From: Candidatus Nanosynbacter lyticus
GTDB taxonomy: Bacteria > Patescibacteriota > Saccharimonadia > Saccharimonadales > Saccharimonadaceae
Length of the DNA stretch: 32,000 bases
Assembly: GCF_000803625.1 (NCBI RefSeq)
Contig: NZ_CP007496.1
Span: forward strand, 240,001 to 272,000
Direction of reading: 5' to 3'
The notes beneath the pieces were generated by a model. It saw only the letters and a list, made by a program, of their open reading frames with translations, searched no databases and had not been told where the DNA came from. Both the position numbers and the translations under genes were made by a program. This document shows, piece by piece, positions 25,774 to 32,000 of this stretch (the first letter of the stretch is position 1; every line of letters begins with the position of its first letter).

Positions 25774-27072
25774 ATGAAGATAGGACTTTTTACGGATAGT
25801 TACCGGCCGTCTATTAATGGGATTGTTTATGTAGTCGAATCTCTGAAGCGTGAGCTGGAAGCTTTGGGGCATGAGGTTTACGTTTTTTGTCCGGCAAAGT
25901 CTATTAGTCCATCCAAGCAGGCGGAACTTCTGCATGAGGATGACAATAGTCGGATCGTTCGTTTTCGTTCTATTAAAGGAGCGTTTTTTGATGATTATGA
26001 TACGTCGGTATTCTTCCCTCCTGTGGTGCAGCGTCAAATTGCCAATATGAATCTGGACGTTGTTCATATTTTTACGCCGTCGCAAATTGGATTGTTAGGT
26101 GTAAAAGTGGCGAAGAAAAATAATATTCCGCTTATTATTCAGCACTGTACTGATTTATATGAGTTTGTTGATCACTATCCGGCGGTTCTGCCAGGAGCAC
26201 TGGCTTTGGCGGGAATTGTTTTTCCCTTATCGGTCAAGCTGAATGGTCAAGATTTGTTAGAGGTTGCTAAGCTTTATCGTCCGCGTAATGGCGTGACAAA
26301 ATGGAATAAAGATATCATTGAGCGTGTTATTACTATTTTATATAGCAAGGCGGACGCGGTTATCGCATTGTCGCGTAAAAGCCGCGACCAGTTGCAATCT
26401 TGGCAAACGGAAGATTATGGATACGATATCACTTTAATGCCAAATGGTGTCAACGCCCTTCCGAAGCCAAAGTCTGAGCGGATAAAAGAGTTTCGAGAAC
26501 AATGGGGTTTGAGGGAAAAAGATGAGGTATTTGGCTTCGTTGGGCGCTTGGGTGAGGAGAAAAACCTACCAATTCTTATCGAAGCATTCAACAAATTCAT
26601 CGCCCCAGACAGGCCGAAGTCCAAGCTGCTATTTGTCGGTGATTTTGAATATCGTCAAAAATTGGAAGAGATGGCTGCTGAAACAGATTTTGTAGATAGG
26701 ATTATATTTACTGGCGCTATGCCTCGTGAAGATTTGGGCGTGGCGTATGGTGTGATAAATGTATTTACCTTCCCTTCACTGAAGGACACGCAAGGTTGGG
26801 TTCTTCATGAAGCGGCTCATGCTGGTAAGCCGATTGTAATTATAGACAAAGAGGTTTCGGAGGTAGTTAAAGACGGTGTCAATGGTTATTTTGCAGAAAA
26901 TACTCCAGAAAGTGTTGCCAAAAAGGTAATTTCAATTCTAAAGAGTCCGAAAAAGCAGGCAGAGTTTAGTGCTGAAAGTAAAAAGCTTGCCAGCAAATTT
27001 ACTGAACGCAGTCAGGTCAAGAGGCTGGAGAAGCTTTATAAAAATTTGATTGAAATACGGGAAAATCAGTAG
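25774..27072 (+). CDS. GT4-type glycosyltransferase (1,2-diacylglycerol 3-glucosyltransferase-like)
   Basis: MKIGLFTDSYRPSINGIVYVVESLKRELEALGHEVYVFCP, GFVGRLGEEKNLPILIEAF, FTFPSLKDTQGWVLHEAAHAGKPIVIID. Confidence 0.92.
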   Translation: MKIGLFTDSYRPSINGIVYVVESLKRELEALGHEVYVFCPAKSISPSKQAELLHEDDNSRIVRFRSIKGAFFDDYDTSVFFPPVVQRQIANMNLDVVHIFTPSQIGLLGVKVAKKNNIPLIIQHCTDLYEFVDHYPAVLPGALALAGIVFPLSVKLNGQDLLEVAKLYRPRNGVTKWNKDIIERVITILYSKADAVIALSRKSRDQLQSWQTEDYGYDITLMPNGVNALPKPKSERIKEFREQWGLREKDEVFGFVGRLGEEKNLPILIEAFNKFIAPDRPKSKLLFVGDFEYRQKLEEMAAETDFVDRIIFTGAMPREDLGVAYGVINVFTFPSLKDTQGWVLHEAAHAGKPIVIIDKEVSEVVKDGVNGYFAENTPESVAKKVISILKSPKKQAEFSAESKKLASKFTERSQVKRLEKLYKNLIEIRENQ

Positions 27073-27078
27073 TAGATT

Positions 27079-27555
27079 TTATCTATTGGAGATTAGACGC
27101 CTGGCCTCTCTGTCTTGATCGCGGCGCTTGATAGTCTCGCGTTTATCGTAGGTTTTTTTACCTCTAGCTAGAGCAATAACCACTTTGATAAATTTTCCAT
27201 TAGTCAATAATTTGGTCGGCACAATAGTCATGCCTTGCTTTTTGGCATCTGTAAAATGGGCAAGTTGTTTTTTGCTGACTAATAATTTTCGTGCCGAAGT
27301 ATCGACTGATCGGGTGTTTGCTTCTCCGCGGACGTTTAGCCGTAACGAAAAACTAGCGTTATTTAGCCATAGCTCGTTATTTTTTAAACTGACGAAAGCG
27401 CCCTTCAACTGAACATGTCCTTCCCTGGCGGCGCGCACCTCCAGCCCAGTTAAAACCAGCCCAGCCACAATTTCTTCGCCCAACTCATAGTCAAACCGAG
27501 CTCGTCGGTTAATGACGGCTTGGGTGTTTGGTTTTTTCGTTTTTGGCTTTGGCAT
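27079..27555 (-). CDS. smpB: SsrA-binding protein
   Basis: NRRARFDYELGEEIVAGLVLTGLEVRAAREGHVQLKGAFV, KLLVSKKQLAHF, KVVIALARGKKTYDKRETIKRRDQDREARR. Confidence 0.97.
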   Translation of the reverse strand: MPKPKTKKPNTQAVINRRARFDYELGEEIVAGLVLTGLEVRAAREGHVQLKGAFVSLKNNELWLNNASFSLRLNVRGEANTRSVDTSARKLLVSKKQLAHFTDAKKQGMTIVPTKLLTNGKFIKVVIALARGKKTYDKRETIKRRDQDREARRLISNR

Positions 27556-27691
27556 GGGTATATTATAGCAGGTTTAATGACCTGTAGAGATAGAAATTTA
27601 TATTATGCCATAAGCATGTTAAAAATACAATATATAACCCTTGAAAAGAGTGTGTCATTTTTGTCATACTGGATGAATGCGTGGAGAAAAA

Positions 27692-28843
27692 ATGTCTGGC
27701 CGCGAAGGCTTATTACTTAATGGCGAGCAAGATCAAGTTCCTCTTGGTGAAATTGTACAGCTATCTCAGATTCGTGGCGACAGAAATAGAGTAACGACCG
27801 CCCTGAAGGACAGTATCCTGCAGGAAGGGCTGCTCTATCCACCAATTGTAGCTAGCGTTACTCCTGCTTTACTGGAGGAGTATATCGGCTTTACAAATCG
27901 TACGTGGGGTGGTGATGCGAATTTCGATGACTTTGCTGACAGGCTGCGCCTAGATGGCAATTACTATCTTATGGTAGCTGGACACACCAGATGCGCGGCT
28001 GTCGAGGAGCTAATCAACGAAGGTGCGCTTCCTGCTGATATTGAAATGCCGGTTAAGGTAGTAAAAATGGGTTCAGTCATGGATATTGTCTCAGTTCAGC
28101 GGGCTGATAATCTACATAGTGCACCTCCGAAAGAGCGTGAAGCTATGGCTATCGTGGAGTTGTACGTTTGGGGTTTGGAGAATGGTAGTTGGAGTAATAA
28201 AAAAGAATTCCTCAATAGCCAGTCCAGTCAAAACATTAATATTACAAGAGGCACACTACGTGATGCTTTACATTACGCTAATCTGCCATCAAGAATTCGG
28301 AATTTCATTTTAGGCGGTGCAATTAAGTATTCCGTGGGGGTCGAGATGGGTGCTGGCGTCCCTATTATGCTGGACTTTTTTGCTTATAAAATGGGCTTTT
28401 CTGGGTTTGATGATTCGGCGATAAACGAAGAATCCAAAAGACAAATTGAGTTGGCTACTGAAGTCTTCTTGGATAGGCTGTGTATTGAAATAGTTAGTGG
28501 CAATCGGAGTACAGGAAAGAACAGAAGTATTTTGGAGTCTAGGGTTCTCATTAGGAATGAGCTTGAGAGAATGAAAGGTGTGATGGTGCCGGTGTCAGAC
28601 GAGCCGCTATTTACCTTGCAGGAGCCGCCGTCGCAGATTATTGATGGTGAAATTAGAAATCTTCGTCGAGCGCTTAATGATATGACTGTAAGGCATGCCA
28701 GCGGTTTATTATCGGATATGATTAAGGGCCAAGAGGGGTTGCTGGGTAGCGATGAAGTGGATAGCTTATTAGAGAAACTTAAGTCCGCAGAAAACTATGA
28801 GTATCAGAGTTTGGGCGGAATAGCCTTATCTGCAAGTATCTAA
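27692..28843 (+). CDS. Orphan ParB-like N-terminal domain protein
   Basis: Start chosen at ATG 27692 with GGAG upstream. VPLGEIVQLSQIRGDRNRVTTALKDSILQEGLLYPPIVASV...NYYLMVAGHTRCAAVEELI...PVKVVKM...VQRADNLH. No parA adjacent. Confidence 0.75.
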   Translation: MSGREGLLLNGEQDQVPLGEIVQLSQIRGDRNRVTTALKDSILQEGLLYPPIVASVTPALLEEYIGFTNRTWGGDANFDDFADRLRLDGNYYLMVAGHTRCAAVEELINEGALPADIEMPVKVVKMGSVMDIVSVQRADNLHSAPPKEREAMAIVELYVWGLENGSWSNKKEFLNSQSSQNINITRGTLRDALHYANLPSRIRNFILGGAIKYSVGVEMGAGVPIMLDFFAYKMGFSGFDDSAINEESKRQIELATEVFLDRLCIEIVSGNRSTGKNRSILESRVLIRNELERMKGVMVPVSDEPLFTLQEPPSQIIDGEIRNLRRALNDMTVRHASGLLSDMIKGQEGLLGSDEVDSLLEKLKSAENYEYQSLGGIALSASI

Positions 28844-28877
28844 TACTTCTCCCCCCACCTTTGCTATAATAAGTCGG

Positions 28878-30758
28878 ATGATAGCCGACATTCACATCAC
28901 CGAAAAAAGTTTTGGCGACAAGACGTTGATGCGCGACGTCAAGTTTAGCGTGGATGATGGTGAGAAGGTTGGTGTGGTCGGCCGTAATGGCGTCGGTAAG
29001 TCGACATTGTTTGGCATCTTGGCGGGCACGGACACCGACTATACTGGTGAGGTGATTTTTCGGCGCGGCATCACCGTGGCCAGTACGGCGCAGGAGCATC
29101 ATGGTTTGGGCGATCAGACGGTGCTGAGCTACATTTTGGCGGGGCTACCAGAATATGCGAGCTTAAAGAAAATTATTGATGAATATCCCGAGACCATGGG
29201 CGATAATATGCGTAAAATTGAGGAGTACACGCAGGCACTGGAGCGATTTGACCAGAAAGGGTTTTACCAGATCGAGGAGAAGATTGCCCGAGAGCTCGAT
29301 AATTTTCAGCTGAGCGGGTGCGGCGAGCGGCCGCTTGGTTCCCTGTCGGGTGGTCAGAAGCGGCTGGTGGAGATTGTGAAGATTATGCATGCGGGGGCAC
29401 ATTTGGCGCTGATCGACGAGCCGACTAATCACATGGATTACGTTGCCAAGCAGCAGTTTATCGACTGGATGAGTTCGCAACCGCGCCAGGCCATGTTGAT
29501 CATCACCCATGACCGCGATGTGTTAGGCCGGGTGGATCGAATTGTTGAACTTAAAGACGGCCAAGCGGTCAGCTACCGCGGTAATTATGACGCCTACCTC
29601 AAGCAAAACGCTCAGGCGACGGCGGCGGGCATGAATAATTTTGAGCAAGTCGAGAAGCGGATAACTAACCTCAAACAAAAAGTGCTGGATTATCAGCGGC
29701 TGAAGGAAAAGTCGCGTAACCCCGGCACCATCCAAAAGTTTAAGCGGCTGGAACATGAGGCGCGGGCCGAGCTGGCGGAATTATCAGAGATGGACAAGCC
29801 GACGTTTTGGATCGACAAGCAGTCGGCTGGGCAGCTTGATTATAAGTCGGCTGAGCGCTACGGCAAGTTCAAGGCGCGCAATATCCGGCTGTCGATGAAG
29901 GACGCGGCCAGTCGCAGTCAGCATGTGCTGGTGCGAGTTGAGGACGCGGCGGTTGGCGTTGGCGAAAGGATATTGTTTGAGGGGGTGAATATTGATCTGC
30001 GCGAGGGCGAGGCGGTGGAGCTGCGCGGCCGTAACGGCGCCGGCAAGACGACGCTGATTCGGATGTTGTTGGGGCAGCGGCGAGGTTCGGACTCCAGTCT
30101 CTCTGGCAAGTCGATGGTTTCGCGGACGGTGTTGCCGGACGCATTCGACTTGGAGGAGACGGCTGGAAGTCGAACCGCGGCAAGCGCTCCGCAGTCCTCC
30201 GCCAGAGCACACTCTTCGCTCAAATCTCCACCGGAGATTTTTCGCAAGCGTTCGGCTGAAACGTCCGCTACTCGCGAACGTTCCACAGTCTCTGGCGTAG
30301 AAGGTGTCGCACCTGCCGCTCCCATCCTTTACTCCGGCAACCTCTTCCTTGACCCGCAGGTGCGGGTGGGCGTGTATGAGCAAGAGATTGATGAGCGGTA
30401 TTTGGCGGATCCGCTGCAGGCGTCGATTGAGAAGTTGTATCTCAGCCGCGACCTGCCGATTTCTGATACTAAGATTCGCCAACTACTGGCTGACTATTTG
30501 TTCACCGAAGCCGATCGGATGACGCCGCTGGCTCGCCTGTCGGGTGGCCAAAAAGCGCGCTTTCAGATTATCGCTATGCTAGCAAATGACCCGCAGCTGC
30601 TGATTTTGGATGAGCCGACCAACCATCTTGACCTGCCGAGCATCGAGGAGCTGGAGACGGCGCTGGCGAAATATTCTGGCGCTATCCTGTACGTTAGCCA
30701 CGACAATTATTTCCGCCAAGAAATCGGCGGCGAGGTCGTGCAGATTGGCGCAGCATAA
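28878..30758 (+). CDS. ABC-F family ATP-binding protein with an expanded loop in the second ATPase domain
   Basis: Walker A GRNGVGKST and GRNGAGKTT; LSGGQ signatures twice; LALIDEPTNHMD and LLILDEPTNHLD. ~80 aa extra segment between LLGQ and VRVGVYEQE. Confidence 0.95.
   Translation: MIADIHITEKSFGDKTLMRDVKFSVDDGEKVGVVGRNGVGKSTLFGILAGTDTDYTGEVIFRRGITVASTAQEHHGLGDQTVLSYILAGLPEYASLKKIIDEYPETMGDNMRKIEEYTQALERFDQKGFYQIEEKIARELDNFQLSGCGERPLGSLSGGQKRLVEIVKIMHAGAHLALIDEPTNHMDYVAKQQFIDWMSSQPRQAMLIITHDRDVLGRVDRIVELKDGQAVSYRGNYDAYLKQNAQATAAGMNNFEQVEKRITNLKQKVLDYQRLKEKSRNPGTIQKFKRLEHEARAELAELSEMDKPTFWIDKQSAGQLDYKSAERYGKFKARNIRLSMKDAASRSQHVLVRVEDAAVGVGERILFEGVNIDLREGEAVELRGRNGAGKTTLIRMLLGQRRGSDSSLSGKSMVSRTVLPDAFDLEETAGSRTAASAPQSSARAHSSLKSPPEIFRKRSAETSATRERSTVSGVEGVAPAAPILYSGNLFLDPQVRVGVYEQEIDERYLADPLQASIEKLYLSRDLPISDTKIRQLLADYLFTEADRMTPLARLSGGQKARFQIIAMLANDPQLLILDEPTNHLDLPSIEELETALAKYSGAILYVSHDNYFRQEIGGEVVQIGAA
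30177..30319. repeat. Copy 2 of the in-frame palindromic repeat element (~143 bp), inside the ABC-F gene
   Basis: Hand alignment to 6445-6590. Terminal inverted repeat GCGGCA(A/G)G(C/T)GC...CGCCAGAG / CTCTGGCG...TGCCGC, and hairpin AAATCTCC-ACC-GGAGATTT. Confidence 0.88.
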
Positions 30759-30760
30759 AA

Positions 30761-30783
30761 ATCCCGCCACTGTTAGGCGGGAT
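30761..30783 (-). terminator. Rho-independent terminator for the minus-strand glutaredoxin-like gene (possibly bidirectional)
   Basis: ATCCCGCC-ACTGTTA-GGCGGGAT. On the minus strand it is followed by TTTTATG. Confidence 0.7.
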
Positions 30784-30806
30784 AATTACTCGTTCAAGTG
30801 TATATT

Positions 30807-31094
30807 CTAGTCAGCCAATAAGCCGTTCTTGCGCAGCAAGTCTTGCAGCTTTGGTCGGTCAAAGCCAAGCACTAGTTCCCCGTTAATGTCGGTGACTGGC
30901 ACGCCTTGGAAATTGCCACCGTTTTTATTTAGCAATTCTTCCTTAGCGCTAGGATCGGCCTCGATATCCTTAGAAACAAAATCAATACCCAACTTTTTCA
31001 GCCATTCCATTTCCGTGTGGCAAAACGCACACCAGCTGGTGCTATATACAACAACTTTTGTGTCTTGGTGGTTGTTTGTCGTGTCTTCGCTCAT
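30807..31094 (-). CDS. Glutaredoxin / NrdH-like redox protein
   Basis: VVVYSTSWCAFCHTEMEWLKKLGIDFVSKDIEAD...GVPVTDINGELVLGFDRPKLQDLL. Confidence 0.9.
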   Translation of the reverse strand: MSEDTTNNHQDTKVVVYSTSWCAFCHTEMEWLKKLGIDFVSKDIEADPSAKEELLNKNGGNFQGVPVTDINGELVLGFDRPKLQDLLRKNGLLAD

Positions 31095-31145
31095 ATACTC
31101 CCCTGTTTAATAACAATCTCAATTATAGCATATTGGCTACGCTTA

Positions 31146-31367
31146 TTAAGAATTCTTAGAAGTCAGGTGCCAGCCTTTGCACCATTCGCAGCGATATACG
31201 TCAATGGATAAATTTGAGTTGACTAGTTCTTGGGTGTCCGCGGCTTGGCGTGCTTTTACTTCTGTCGAGAAGTGTCGCTTTTTCTGACAATTAGCCAGAC
31301 CAGTAATTGACATCAATGATGTTTTCTGTGATTTTTGACTATTTTTTGGATAATTTCGCCGAGGCAT
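31146..31367 (-). CDS. Small hypothetical protein with a CxxC-x-WHL zinc-ribbon-like C-terminus (true start may be internal)
   Basis: ...ANCQKKRHFSTEVKARQA...IDVYRCEWCKGWHLTSKNS. Confidence 0.55.
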   Translation of the reverse strand: MPRRNYPKNSQKSQKTSLMSITGLANCQKKRHFSTEVKARQAADTQELVNSNLSIDVYRCEWCKGWHLTSKNS

Positions 31368-31409
31368 CTTGCAAAATAGTATAACAGATTGATATAGTGA
31401 TAAGTAATC

Positions 31410-31667
31410 ATGAAGGAAACTGATACTTCTGCTAGTAAAACAGACGACTTTAATGCGGCAACGCTTTTGACTAAGACGATGATTGGTACGACGTGGCGGA
31501 TGTTTTTGCCGACAGTTGGTTTAACTTTGTTGGGATTGTGGCTGGATGATAGAACTGGACTAAGGCCTAAGTTGACGCTTATGGGGATTGTCATTGGCGT
31601 GATTGTTGCGGCTGTTCTGGTGTTTTTGCAAATTGCTAAGATTAAGCGACAGGAGTCGAATAAATGA
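31410..31667 (+). CDS. AtpI/AtpZ-like ATP synthase-associated membrane protein
   Basis: Two TM segments with WRMFLPTVGLTLLGLWLDDRTGLRPKLTLMGIVIGVIVAAVLVFLQI. Immediately upstream of atpB with a 4-nt ATGA overlap. Confidence 0.8.
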   Translation: MKETDTSASKTDDFNAATLLTKTMIGTTWRMFLPTVGLTLLGLWLDDRTGLRPKLTLMGIVIGVIVAAVLVFLQIAKIKRQESNK

Positions 31668-32000
31668 TTAATTACATAGCAAGTGCTGGTCCGCACATTT
31701 CGGTAAAAGTTGACGAAGTTTTTAATATAGCTGGCGTATCAATAACTAATTCTCATCTGGTTGGGATCTTAGGTTTGGTGGCGCTAGTATGGCTAATGTT
31801 CCGCACGCGAGTAGCAGTTTTAGGGAAAAAGAAGCATAATTTTGCAACCATGTTGGCCCAGTGGACTTTTGATGGACTATATAATACTGTTCATCAGGTT
31901 ATTCCTGACGAGAAGTGGGCGCGTAAAGTAGCGCCGTTATGTATTACCCTGTTCTTCTTTATTGTCGCACAGTACTGGCTGGGACTTTTGCCGATTGTTG
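31664..32000 (+). CDS. atpB: F0F1 ATP synthase subunit a, partial (runs off the right edge)
   Basis: Manual translation from ATG 31664: MINYIASAGPHISVKVDEVFNIAGVSITNSHLVGILGLVALVWLMFRTRVAVLGKKKHNFATMLAQWTFDGLYNTVHQVIPDEKWARKVAPLCITLFFFIVAQYWLGLLPIV. Confidence 0.85.
   Translation, partial: MINYIASAGPHISVKVDEVFNIAGVSITNSHLVGILGLVALVWLMFRTRVAVLGKKKHNFATMLAQWTFDGLYNTVHQVIPDEKWARKVAPLCITLFFFIVAQYWLGLLPIV

Noticed and set aside
25594-26085. 163-aa minus-strand ORF antisense to two glycosyltransferase genes
   Set aside because: It spans the junction of two well-supported + strand genes and has no protein-family signature.
29784-30482. 232-aa minus-strand ORF (and 29869..30210, 29918..30325) overlapping ABC-F
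   Set aside because: Shadow ORFs antisense to a strongly supported ABC-F CDS in a GC-rich region. The ABC-F motifs are on the + strand. They are useful only for showing multi-frame openness of the repeat.
1-32000. CRISPR array, prophage, transposase/IS element, toxin-antitoxin pair
   Set aside because: I saw no regularly spaced direct repeats, cas genes, integrase/transposase motifs or phage structural genes in the window.
1-32000. Alternative genetic code (UGA recoding as in some CPR lineages)
   Set aside because: Genes such as the AtpI-like gene terminate at TGA immediately before or overlapping the next start, and the ORFs need no UGA read-through, so the standard code fits.

Overview
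This 32 kb window is gene-dense. It fits a Patescibacteria/CPR genome, most likely Candidatus Saccharibacteria (TM7); that taxonomy is inferred from gene content, not proven. I can support the following. (1) A metal-homeostasis-like cluster: TIGR03943/DUF1980, a UPF0718 permease, a TerC-like DUF475 protein and a COG0523 GTPase. (2) Housekeeping genes: pth, der, rluB-like, gltX, xth, smpB and the start of an ATP synthase operon. (3) Two histidine kinase/receiver pairs, a sortase, a PEGA protein, a DUF3048 protein, two tandem GT4 glycosyltransferases, an orphan ParB-N protein and an ABC-F ATPase. (4) tRNA-Glu(CTC) and tRNA-Leu(CAA). Two observations stand out. First, a ~145-bp palindromic element with terminal inverted repeats lies in-frame inside two unrelated conserved genes: der at ~6445-6590 and the ABC-F gene at ~30177-30319. 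The genes read it from opposite strands. The two copies are ~86% identical by hand alignment over ~109 nt, show compensatory changes in a terminal stem, and are open in at least three frames. This resembles the Rickettsia palindromic elements and may be an undescribed protein-coding mobile repeat family. Second, at least 14 genes have a -10 box, often extended TGnTATAAT, ending 6-8 nt upstream of the start codon, which suggests pervasive leaderless transcription.
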